A stretch of DNA of 64,000 nucleotides from Bacteroidota bacterium. GTDB lineage: Bacteria; Bacteroidota; Bacteroidia; Cytophagales; Spirosomataceae. A program made the translations under genes and the position numbers. The stretch spans positions 48,522 through 112,521 of the forward strand of contig JAIUOF010000012.1 in the NCBI GenBank assembly GCA_020161355.1. The letters are read 5' to 3'. Below the pieces are notes generated by a model. The model worked only from the letters and a program-made list of their open reading frames with translations, searched no databases and had not been told where the DNA came from. Of this stretch, positions 28,091-37,155 are shown piece after piece (the stretch's first letter is position 1; each line of letters begins with the position of its first letter).

Positions 28091-29535
28091 GACTGAATAG
28101 ATTTAATTTCCGGTGTGTCCCATTTTCTGCTTATAAAAACCAAAGTCCAGGATATAAATACAATAACCGAGGAAGGAAGAGCATTCATAACTTCATTTCC
28201 ATAACTTGCAAAAAGACTTCCAAATGATCCCGCACATAAGGCAATGAGCTGGTTTCGCAAAATCGGATCGCGGGTACACCAGGCTATGCCAGAGCCTTTG
28301 GCAATAATAAACATCATGATTCCAAACCATAATATAAATCCTATGATACCATACATTACCCATATTTTTACATATAAGCTATCAGGGGGTATTTTGGCAG
28401 TTGGAATATGCTTATTATAAGTAGTTCCCCATTGACCAATGGTGCCAACACCAGTACCAAAAGGCTTACTAGCCAGCATATCTTTTAGTATTCTCTGATT
28501 GATGAGTCTCACTTGTAAAGATGCATCGTTGGGGTCGAGAGAGGTTCGCATTCTACGAATCTGGTCATTACCCTGACCGATGTAAGTGAATTTTAGCATT
28601 CCGAAAAATCCAACACCCACGAGTAATCCCATTACTAATAGTTTGGTCTGGCGTATTAAAATCAAAAACAATAATCCGCCACCCAAAAGAGCTCCCATGG
28701 CTCCACGTGTGCCGGAGATAAGCATTCCATAGAATATAAATGCGGTGGCAACCCAATAAAAGAATTTCCTTCGGAAAGAAAAGGGTCCTGTAGCCAAAAC
28801 TCCGCTGATTACAGCGATATGAGCTTGCGAGGCTCCAAACTGTGCGGCCTCATTGTAAAAAGAGAACACCCTCAGCTTTCCAAACAAAATGTGGGTTTTT
28901 CTTGCTCCTGCTTCCAGCCACCGGTTTTCTGCTGCATCTACACCGATATATAGCTGCTTCATACCATAAAGAGCCCCCAAAAGAGAAATGATGATGATTA
29001 TATCCAGGAAAAGGGTTATGTCTGATTTCTTTTTCATAACCAAAATAGTGAGTGGTGTCATCAGAAACCAATAGAGAGCTGCCGAACGCATTTCCTGAAA
29101 CCAGCCCTGGATACTTGGTCGGGAAGGATTAGCAATCTGTAATACAGTAAGGCCCATCCAAAAAACTGCAAGCCAAACCAGATTATTATTGAGATGACGA
29201 AACCTGAATTTATGGGTACGATAAAAAAATATTCCCAACCAGCTCAATACCATAAGTCCATCAACCAATAAGCCGACCTGCAAGCCAGGGATATGCTTTC
29301 CGATTGTGGGCATAAAAAAAGCATAAATCAAGACACTAATAAATCCAACTTTAGGGTTATAAAACACCCAAACAATATATGCCAAAGCGAATGGTAAAAT
29401 AACTATGGCTGCTTCCGCCGCTACTCCTCCATTAGCCAGAAAGTATCCAAACAAAAAAGTACCTGCAAAAACCAATAAAATAAGTATTGATTTTTGGAAG
29501 ACAGATATTTCACTATTTGAAGAAGTGGATATCAT
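28087..29535 (-). CDS. O-antigen polymerase/ligase-family membrane protein (Wzy-like)
   Basis: 482 aa and polytopic, with a Wzy_C-like segment (ISGTRGAMGALLGGG). It has 4-nt overlaps with both neighbours. Confidence 0.75.
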   Translation of the reverse strand: MISTSSNSEISVFQKSILILLVFAGTFLFGYFLANGGVAAEAAIVILPFALAYIVWVFYNPKVGFISVLIYAFFMPTIGKHIPGLQVGLLVDGLMVLSWLGIFFYRTHKFRFRHLNNNLVWLAVFWMGLTVLQIANPSRPSIQGWFQEMRSAALYWFLMTPLTILVMKKKSDITLFLDIIIIISLLGALYGMKQLYIGVDAAENRWLEAGARKTHILFGKLRVFSFYNEAAQFGASQAHIAVISGVLATGPFSFRRKFFYWVATAFIFYGMLISGTRGAMGALLGGGLLFLILIRQTKLLVMGLLVGVGFFGMLKFTYIGQGNDQIRRMRTSLDPNDASLQVRLINQRILKDMLASKPFGTGVGTIGQWGTTYNKHIPTAKIPPDSLYVKIWVMYGIIGFILWFGIMMFIIAKGSGIAWCTRDPILRNQLIALCAGSFGSLFASYGNEVMNALPSSVIVFISWTLVFISRKWDTPEIKSIQS

Positions 29536-30863
29536 CTTGAAATAGCCAGTTTTAGTTTTACCTTGTTTAATATTTCAGAGAAATTTCTTACGACCAGTGG
29601 CATTATTTTTTCATCATTAAGAACACCTGCTTTTTTGATAAAAAATAATCCCAGAAAACAGCCGGTTGCAGCATTTACAACAGATGCAAACGCCACCCAA
29701 CGTAAATCGCCCGAAAAATAAAGTGCAGCGACATCTGCAATTATGTTTACCGAGGCCATAGTTGCTACTTTCAAAAAATTAAACCCTGGCTTCTGAATAG
29801 CATCGAGTACAATTCCAGTTATTCTGTTAAGAGGCAAAAACGCACCGAAAAAGACAAATACCCTGAAAATGTCAGTGGAATTGGCATATTTTTCTCCCCC
29901 AATTAATAAAACAAGAAATGGGGCCAAAATAAAAGCTAATATCAAGCCTGGAATGTATAATATGTAAGCCCAGGTTAGATAACTGATAAAGGAGTTATTG
30001 AAACCATGTTTGTCGCGGGCATTGTGATGTGCTGCCAATTGCGGAAATGCTGTGGTGCTGAGTGTACGCAAGGGAATCTCGAACAATTCGGTGAGTTTCT
30101 GTGGAATGGCATATAGTGCAACAAAAGTTGGTCCGAGAAACGATCCGATCAAAAAAGTATCAGCACTTTTGAGAATATTGGTCGTTCCCAAAGTTGCCAG
30201 AGTATATTTTATGAGATTTACAAGACTCCTGACCTCTTCTTTTGTTTTTTTCAGAATAAGAGCCGGATTTGTTTTTTTGGAAATCAAAACATAAAACAGT
30301 AGAAGAACATTTACACCTACATGCACTGTGGCAAGCCATTGGAGTGAGTTATATCCCAAAAATGCAAATAATGCCACGATCAGTGGATTAATACTTTGCA
30401 AAATCCGAAGTAGTAACAAAAAGATAAGATTCTGGTCAGCAACAGCTTCTGCTTCGGCAATGTGAAGAGGTAAAGTAATGATACCCAAAACAGAATACCA
30501 CAAACAAAACACCTTAAAGCCGGAGTCTTCAGAACCATAAGGCAAAAAATAGGTGACTAAAAGTATTATTCCGGAAAGAGAAACCACAATTCCACCAAGC
30601 CAATAAGCACTTCCAATTACTCTGTTTCTTTTGACAGGGTCTTTATCCGAAACTTTCATAACCAGTGCTGATTGCAAACCGCCTGATTTGACCATTTCGA
30701 ATAGTACCACTGAAGTCATATATATCAAATATTCTCCCAAAACTTTTGGATCAAGTATTCTTACCAACCACATAAACGACACCATGCCCAAAGCCGCTGG
30801 CAATACCTGGCCAGAAAGTGCAAGAATTTGATTTTTAACGACTTTTGATGACATAGTTAGCAC
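29532..30863 (-). CDS. Polysaccharide flippase (Wzx / MOP superfamily)
   Basis: 443 aa with about 12 hydrophobic helices, in a typical position next to the Wzy-like gene. Confidence 0.8.
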   Translation of the reverse strand: MLTMSSKVVKNQILALSGQVLPAALGMVSFMWLVRILDPKVLGEYLIYMTSVVLFEMVKSGGLQSALVMKVSDKDPVKRNRVIGSAYWLGGIVVSLSGIILLVTYFLPYGSEDSGFKVFCLWYSVLGIITLPLHIAEAEAVADQNLIFLLLLRILQSINPLIVALFAFLGYNSLQWLATVHVGVNVLLLFYVLISKKTNPALILKKTKEEVRSLVNLIKYTLATLGTTNILKSADTFLIGSFLGPTFVALYAIPQKLTELFEIPLRTLSTTAFPQLAAHHNARDKHGFNNSFISYLTWAYILYIPGLILAFILAPFLVLLIGGEKYANSTDIFRVFVFFGAFLPLNRITGIVLDAIQKPGFNFLKVATMASVNIIADVAALYFSGDLRWVAFASVVNAATGCFLGLFFIKKAGVLNDEKIMPLVVRNFSEILNKVKLKLAISR

Positions 30864-30865
30864 AT

Positions 30866-32959
30866 TTATTTAATTTTTCTTCTTTGACCAAACTGGAATT
30901 TCACAAGTTGTTTAAGTAGTCTTCTGAAATAATTCCGGTTTTTAGGCACTTCTCCTATATACTCTTCTGCAAAATCAGTCTCTACCGCATTGAGCAGCAA
31001 CCATGGTTTGGTACCAGTGGTGTTTCTGAAAATTGTTAGCATTTCTTTGTCTATACGGGTCCAAACCCTGTTGGCTCGTGCAATTAATATTGTCAAATCA
31101 AGAGATGGGAATGTTCCCGGCTTAATAATGAGGCTGTCAAAAGAGGGCAATTCAAAGATCGTTACATGAGCCGTTTGAGGTTCTTCATTTTGATTATCAA
31201 TCAGAGGATTCCAAGCTAAAACTTCCACTTCATAGTTTAGTTTTTCAAGCTCATCTTTAAACATATTGGCCATTGTGGTTTTTCCTTCACCATGTTCAGT
31301 ACTGGCCAGACCAATTTTTATGGTCTTGTTGTTGTTCAGCTCCAGTTTGGATAGCAATTGCTGCACCAGCCTCAGTTTTGACATTTTCAGGAAACGAGGG
31401 CTTTCAGTTGTAAGCGGGAACAAACCCAAAAAAGGCAAATCGATTAGTTTAGCTGCCCTTTGAGGTTCCAGTAGGGTTTTATTGATGAGGGCATTGACCA
31501 AAATAAACGCTAATACCATTACAAATCCCACAATAAACGATAATGCCACCTGAATCATTCTTTTGGATTTGTTGGGTTGAACCGGCAAATAAGGCGGATC
31601 CACTACATTGAGTTTGGTGGTGAGTTCGGCATTTTGTTGGTTTAACCTTGCCATGCTCAGGCCATGTAATAGTTCAAGATAAGCTTCTTCCGACACTTCT
31701 ATTTGTCTTTCAATTTTTTTGAGCATAGCTCCGAGTGGTGCATATCTTTTGTATTCTTGATCAAATTCTTTCTTACGTTCATCCATTACAGCCAAACGGG
31801 CTTTACTTTGTTCAAAACTCAGTGTGGTTTTGAGCCATTCATCTAGTATTTCCTTTGTCGGAATACCTTCTGCTGTATTGGTTTCTTTGTAAAGGTTTTC
31901 AAGAGATCTTTTCAAACTTTTCTCTTTATCTTTTACCTGAGCATTAAAATTTTCCAGTTCTTGTTTTTGTGATTCAGTGGCATTGGCACCGGCTAGTTGA
32001 AGGGTGGTAATTTGAGTATATAATTTAGAAAGTTCTTTTCTTTCCTCCAGAATCTGAGTGTTATACAAATTTTGATAAACCCGGTTTTTGATGCTGCTAT
32101 TTACTTTTTTTAGCGAAACATCCGATGCATGCTTGTCCATTTCCAAAGTGTGATTCAGAGCATATAAATCTTCTTTTTCACCCGCAATGGCTTTGGTTTG
32201 CTCATAATAATTGATGATATCGTATTGCTTGTTAAACTGCAAAAAGAGTTTTTCTGAAGAATCGAGTTTAGCGAAAGCCTTTTCGGTTTCTTCTTCAAAA
32301 TATTTAACGACAGACTCCGTTTGACCCTCTTTGAGCAATCTGTGTTTTCGCATAAAAGAATGTTCGAGCAACTCTAAGGTCCTCCGGCATATTCCGGGGT
32401 CATTGGTTTCATAACTGATTTTAATCAAATCACTGTTGCTGATACGATTTGCTTTTATTGTATTGAGTGCTTTCAGGGAATAATAAGGATTTGATGAATT
32501 GATGATTTCTATGATAAGATTATCATCGGATGAATTCATCATTTTCAATATGTTCTCTTTGGTTTTTTCTACGGTGGCACCTTTGAGTTTTTTTCTCGTT
32601 TTTTCTTCTATTAAATTTTGTAAATCTCCAAATGCCTCATATCCAATTTCTTCTGAATTTGATTTTGTTTTTTGCAAATGCTCTGCCAAAAGGCTGATAC
32701 TCACATCTTCTTTGGTTTCTCTTGAATCAATTAAAGAAATAAGGTTGTCAAAGGCATTGCTGGTCGAATAAAAATCAGCCTTGTTAGTTCCGTTCAGACT
32801 GTACCCCGAGGCAATACCTGTATAAATGATAGATTCGGAAGAATAAACCTTTTTTTCATTTCTTGTAAAATAATATACTGAAGCGGCCAATACTACCGGA
32901 ATGGAAACCAACCAGATAAGATTTCTATAAAGCAGTTTTATGAAATGTATAAAGCTCAT
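30866..32959 (-). CDS. Polysaccharide co-polymerase (Wzz/GumC-type) fused to a degenerate P-loop (BY-kinase-like) domain
   Basis: 697 aa. It has an N-terminal TM helix, a long coiled-coil periplasmic region, a second TM helix (IQVALSFIVGFVMVLAFILV) and a C-terminal GEGKTT Walker A. The Walker A-prime DxD and the Tyr cluster are missing. Confidence 0.75.
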   Translation of the reverse strand: MSFIHFIKLLYRNLIWLVSIPVVLAASVYYFTRNEKKVYSSESIIYTGIASGYSLNGTNKADFYSTSNAFDNLISLIDSRETKEDVSISLLAEHLQKTKSNSEEIGYEAFGDLQNLIEEKTRKKLKGATVEKTKENILKMMNSSDDNLIIEIINSSNPYYSLKALNTIKANRISNSDLIKISYETNDPGICRRTLELLEHSFMRKHRLLKEGQTESVVKYFEEETEKAFAKLDSSEKLFLQFNKQYDIINYYEQTKAIAGEKEDLYALNHTLEMDKHASDVSLKKVNSSIKNRVYQNLYNTQILEERKELSKLYTQITTLQLAGANATESQKQELENFNAQVKDKEKSLKRSLENLYKETNTAEGIPTKEILDEWLKTTLSFEQSKARLAVMDERKKEFDQEYKRYAPLGAMLKKIERQIEVSEEAYLELLHGLSMARLNQQNAELTTKLNVVDPPYLPVQPNKSKRMIQVALSFIVGFVMVLAFILVNALINKTLLEPQRAAKLIDLPFLGLFPLTTESPRFLKMSKLRLVQQLLSKLELNNNKTIKIGLASTEHGEGKTTMANMFKDELEKLNYEVEVLAWNPLIDNQNEEPQTAHVTIFELPSFDSLIIKPGTFPSLDLTILIARANRVWTRIDKEMLTIFRNTTGTKPWLLLNAVETDFAEEYIGEVPKNRNYFRRLLKQLVKFQFGQRRKIK

Positions 32960-33702
32960 TTGATGGTATTTAATAATTCATAAAAATCTACTCCGGTGAG
33001 GGCTTTGAGTTGAAGCAAACTTTGCTGAAAACGGTTCAGGTTAGTTTCATAATCGCTTTGAGCTTTGATACTGATTTCCTGTATCCTCGATATTTGGTCT
33101 AAAGTCAACTGCCCGTTCAGAAATTCTTTTTCGGCCATCGTATAATTTATTTCAGCTGAGTTTTTGTTCAGACTGCTGTTTTGCATCAATTTATAATATA
33201 ATTTAAGCTCCATATAATATTCTATCACCTGCTGTTTGACCAATAGCTTCGTTTTTTCTATTTCTGACTCAGCCATTTTTATTTGAGAGATTCCGGCTTT
33301 AATGGTATGTTTGCGATTTATGACCTGATTCAGCGGGAGTTGAAGTCCAACCCCAATGTTATAAAATCCCGTTTGTGTATTGGTAATCAAACTTCCCTGA
33401 TCTTCAATTTGTGAGCTGTTAACCGCCGCATAGTTGGTGCCATACATATAGCTTGAACGCAGTGAAAGAGAGCTGAAAATCGAATTGCGGGCAATGGCTG
33501 CATTGGAACTTACAAAATCGCGGGAAGATTTAATTCGGTTTACTTCAGGTGAAATAGCCTGGGCAGAGTCTATGAGTGCATCTAGTAAAAGGTCACCGTT
33601 AAAAGCATTCTCAATCAAAAGATTCAGACTTTTTTCCTGAGCCCGTAATAATATCGGCCAAACCGTTAAAAATAAACCTAATATATACTTACTTATTTTC
33701 AT
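32956..33702 (-). CDS. Single-repeat TolC/OEP-like outer-membrane protein (half-length)
   Basis: 248 aa with a signal peptide. It has one OEP-type repeat pattern (helix, beta hairpin ...GFYNIGVGLQLPL..., then long helices). It is the first gene of the minus-strand EPS operon and overlaps the Wzc-like gene by 4 nt. Confidence 0.6.
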   Translation of the reverse strand: MKISKYILGLFLTVWPILLRAQEKSLNLLIENAFNGDLLLDALIDSAQAISPEVNRIKSSRDFVSSNAAIARNSIFSSLSLRSSYMYGTNYAAVNSSQIEDQGSLITNTQTGFYNIGVGLQLPLNQVINRKHTIKAGISQIKMAESEIEKTKLLVKQQVIEYYMELKLYYKLMQNSSLNKNSAEINYTMAEKEFLNGQLTLDQISRIQEISIKAQSDYETNLNRFQQSLLQLKALTGVDFYELLNTIK

Positions 33703-34153
33703 ATAAAAACAATTAGAAAAAGGGAATATGAAAGGTCCATTTTAAATAATCAATGGAAATTTCTTATATCCTTCAGTCAATATTGATACTATCCAATATT
33801 GTGCCATTCTCATTGGTTTGAAAGTAGGGATTATGCTGTAGATTATTTATTTTCAAATGCTTAAACGCAACCGTTGTACTTTACCAAGAATTGTAGCCAC
33901 TTAATAAATTTTTTATGATTTCTGATTTTTGGAACGCATTCCTAAAACTGGAATTTATTTTTTTTCATATTTTAATTAAGTAAAGAAATTTGAATTTTTT
34001 AAACTTTGATTTTTCGAAAAAATCATATTTTGAATGTAGTTTTTAAAATAGAGATGCTCGTAAAATAAAAAAGCGATGGCTAAAAGCTATAGCAATATTA
34101 AAAACGGAACATATTTTGATGTAATTTTGCAGAAAAATTAAAAATTAATAATA

Positions 34154-35413
34154 ATGGCTTCAAATAAAGAGCCCCATTGCTCATTTTGCGGGAGAAAGAA
34201 AAATGAAGTAGAAATTTTACTTTCCGGAACAGATGGACACATTTGCAACTTTTGCATAGAGCAAGGATATGATTTGATACAGCAAGAGCTTGGAGTTTCT
34301 AGCTTTAAACCAGGAAAGAAGAAAAAGACGGTTGCTCCGAAATTTGACATTAAGCCTCCGGTTGAGCTAAAAAACTATCTCGACAAATATATTATTGGTC
34401 AAAATGAGGCCAAAAAAGTACTTTCGGTAGCTGTTTATAACCATTACAAAAGACTTTCTCAGCCCAAAAGTGATGAAGATGTAAACATCGAAAAGTCTAA
34501 TATTATCATGGTGGGCGAAACCGGGACAGGTAAAACATACCTTGCACGTACAATAGCCCGCATGCTTCAGGTGCCTTTTGCCATTGCCGATGCCACTGTA
34601 CTTACTGAGGCCGGTTATGTTGGTGAAGACGTAGAGAGTATTCTTAGCAGATTACTTCAGGCCGCAGATTTCAACCCCGAACTGGCGGAACGGGGTATTG
34701 TGTATATTGATGAAATAGACAAAATCGCCCGAAAATCAGACAATCCATCAATAACCCGTGATGTGAGCGGCGAAGGTGTTCAGCAGGGCTTATTGAAACT
34801 TTTGGAAGGCTCAATCGTTGGTGTACCACCTCAGGGAGGACGAAAACATCCAGACCAGCAGCTGGTACAGATCAATACTGAAAACATCCTATTTATTTGT
34901 GGTGGTGCATTCGACGGAATTGCCCGTCATATTGCTAAACGTATCAATAAAGCACCAATCGGATTTAAAGTAGATACCAATACATTTGACTTCAATAATG
35001 AGGAAAGCCTGTTAAAGTTTGTAACTCAACAAGATTTGAAGTCGTTTGGTCTTATTCCCGAGCTAATAGGAAGATTACCGCTTTTGACATATCTGAATCC
35101 TCTCGACAAAGCCACATTAAGGAAAATTCTTACCGAACCGCAAAATGCATTGGTTAAGCAATATAAAAAACTCTTTGATATGGAAGGAATCAAGCTCATT
35201 TTTGATGATGAAGCCCTTGATTATATTGTAGAGCAAGCCATTGTATTTAATTTGGGGGCCAGAGGTTTGCGTTCGATTTGTGAAGCCATTCTGACTGATG
35301 CGATGTTTGAGTTGCCATCAGACAAGACAATAAAGACTTTTGTTGTTTCTAAAGATTACGCTCAGAAAAAATTTGAGCATTCGACTTTTTATGAAGTAAA
35401 ATTGGTTGCTTAA
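34154..35413 (+). CDS. clpX: ATP-dependent Clp protease ATP-binding subunit ClpX
   Basis: It has an N-terminal zinc finger ([11 protein letters not shown]...CNFC), Walker A GETGTGKT, Walker [10 protein letters not shown] and the pore loop GYVGEDV. Confidence 0.92.
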   Translation: MASNKEPHCSFCGRKKNEVEILLSGTDGHICNFCIEQGYDLIQQELGVSSFKPGKKKKTVAPKFDIKPPVELKNYLDKYIIGQNEAKKVLSVAVYNHYKRLSQPKSDEDVNIEKSNIIMVGETGTGKTYLARTIARMLQVPFAIADATVLTEAGYVGEDVESILSRLLQAADFNPELAERGIVYIDEIDKIARKSDNPSITRDVSGEGVQQGLLKLLEGSIVGVPPQGGRKHPDQQLVQINTENILFICGGAFDGIARHIAKRINKAPIGFKVDTNTFDFNNEESLLKFVTQQDLKSFGLIPELIGRLPLLTYLNPLDKATLRKILTEPQNALVKQYKKLFDMEGIKLIFDDEALDYIVEQAIVFNLGARGLRSICEAILTDAMFELPSDKTIKTFVVSKDYAQKKFEHSTFYEVKLVA

Positions 35414-35434
35414 TTTTAAAGATAAAAATTATAA

Positions 35435-35464
35435 AAGCCCTTGATATTTTGGTATCAAGGGCTT
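35435..35464. terminator. Bidirectional terminator between convergent clpX and uxaB
   Basis: A perfect 12-bp stem, AAGCCCTTGATA / TATCAAGGGCTT, is flanked by A-rich sequence on the left and T-rich sequence on the right. Confidence 0.6.
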
Positions 35465-35485
35465 ATTTATTCACCAGAAAAGCTA

Positions 35486-36946
35486 TCAAGCATATACATT
35501 TAAAGCCGAAATCGCATCTTTTACACCTAATATTATCATATTTGAAAGATGACTACTCACATTACTTTCAAAGTCTTTCAGTGTGCTAAGATCATATCCC
35601 CATAATTCTTTGTTTTTCAACACAACCGAAACCACCTCAGAAGCCGTACACACATCCCATAAAGTTTTGAAATATTCTGCTGAATCACAATTTATGGGAT
35701 AAGCCTGGCCATCATAGACCCCAAAATACCTGCCCTCAGATATATGGTCAACTTTCATAAACAGTAAATATGCCGCAAAACATCGGGCGAAATATTGAGG
35801 TACAGTTTCAAATGTTTTATAATAATTAATCAAAAGCGGTATTGCCCTCATTCTCATTTTGGTGGTGTATTGGAGAGTGATACTTATCCATTGATGCTCG
35901 ATGTAAGGATTTCTGAACCTGTCCATCACTTCTCTGCCATATCGGTGGGTGGTTTTTATGTCAAGTTCCATTGGTATTGATGGCCCCAGCTCAGTGAGCA
36001 TCAAAATGGTAAGATATTTCTCCATCATTTCATCATTTAAGGCATCTTTCACCAAGTTAAATCCACTCAAAAAGGCCATTCCACACATCAATGTATGCGT
36101 GGCATTGAGCATCCTAAGTTTTAATTCACGGTACTTTTCAATATTAGGACTTATCACGATCCCTTTATCGGCTTTGGCAAAACCAAGAGTATCTTCAAGA
36201 TTTTCACCTTCAATGGCCCATAATTTATAAACTTCTGCTTTTAATATCAATTTGTCTTCATATCCCAATTGGTCATAAAGGTTGGTGAGCTCTTCCCCAA
36301 CTGGCTTTCCGGGTACTATTCTATCCACCAATGAGCTACAAAACCGCACTTTTGTATTAATCCAATTTTCAAATTCAGAACCTAACTTATTATTTTTTAC
36401 GTGTTTAAGTACTGCCTCTTGGAGCACTTTTCCATTGTCAACCAATAATTCTGTAGGAATAACCACTGTAGGCTTTTGTATGGTATTGTATCTTCTGTAT
36501 AACCAGGCAGTCAATTTTCCGGGGAAAGAATCAGGGCAATTGTCTGTTATATTTTCTTCAACATACTGTAAACCCACTTCGGTGGTATTTGAAATCACCA
36601 AATCTATACTTTGTGATTCGGCGGTTTTCAAAACTTCTTCCCAATGCGTTTTTGTGCTCAAAACCCGGCTTATGCTCTCAATTACAACATTTTCTTCGAA
36701 AGGCTTTCCATTGTCAATACCTCTCACACACACAGTATAAAGGTTATCCTGGTTTGAAAATTCCGAAACATCAGGTCCGGTTGTTTTTACAACTACTATT
36801 TTACCCTGATATATTCCTTTTTTGTTGGCTTTATCAATCAGGAAATCGCATAATCCTCGTAGCAGTACTCCGGTACCAAACTGAAGAACCCTTTCCGGAT
36901 ATTCCGAAATAGACGAAGAAGTTGAAAAGGTATTTTTGTTGAGCAT
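35486..36946 (-). CDS. uxaB: Tagaturonate reductase / altronate oxidoreductase (mannitol dehydrogenase family)
   Basis: 486 aa. It has an N-terminal Rossmann motif VLQFGTGVLLRGL and a long-chain mannitol-DH C-domain. Confidence 0.8.
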   Translation of the reverse strand: MLNKNTFSTSSSISEYPERVLQFGTGVLLRGLCDFLIDKANKKGIYQGKIVVVKTTGPDVSEFSNQDNLYTVCVRGIDNGKPFEENVVIESISRVLSTKTHWEEVLKTAESQSIDLVISNTTEVGLQYVEENITDNCPDSFPGKLTAWLYRRYNTIQKPTVVIPTELLVDNGKVLQEAVLKHVKNNKLGSEFENWINTKVRFCSSLVDRIVPGKPVGEELTNLYDQLGYEDKLILKAEVYKLWAIEGENLEDTLGFAKADKGIVISPNIEKYRELKLRMLNATHTLMCGMAFLSGFNLVKDALNDEMMEKYLTILMLTELGPSIPMELDIKTTHRYGREVMDRFRNPYIEHQWISITLQYTTKMRMRAIPLLINYYKTFETVPQYFARCFAAYLLFMKVDHISEGRYFGVYDGQAYPINCDSAEYFKTLWDVCTASEVVSVVLKNKELWGYDLSTLKDFESNVSSHLSNMIILGVKDAISALNVYA

Positions 36947-37155
36947 TTTATATTATTTAAATCTTCCAAAATTACTCAATACTATCAAATGAAATTAGTG
37001 ATAAAACAGCTATGTTGTGTAAAATCCTGTCATTTTAAAATTAATGTTGGATAAAATACCATTAATGATAAAAACCCGACCATGAAACTATAAATATTAA
37101 AAATGATTTTGAAGTGTTATGCAAGCATACTATTTTTGTTAAAAAGGATTTTAAT

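Noticed and set aside
36282-36912. Two plus-strand ORFs of 152 and 107 aa
   Set aside because: Both are antisense to uxaB, which has a clear Rossmann N-terminus and spans the full length.
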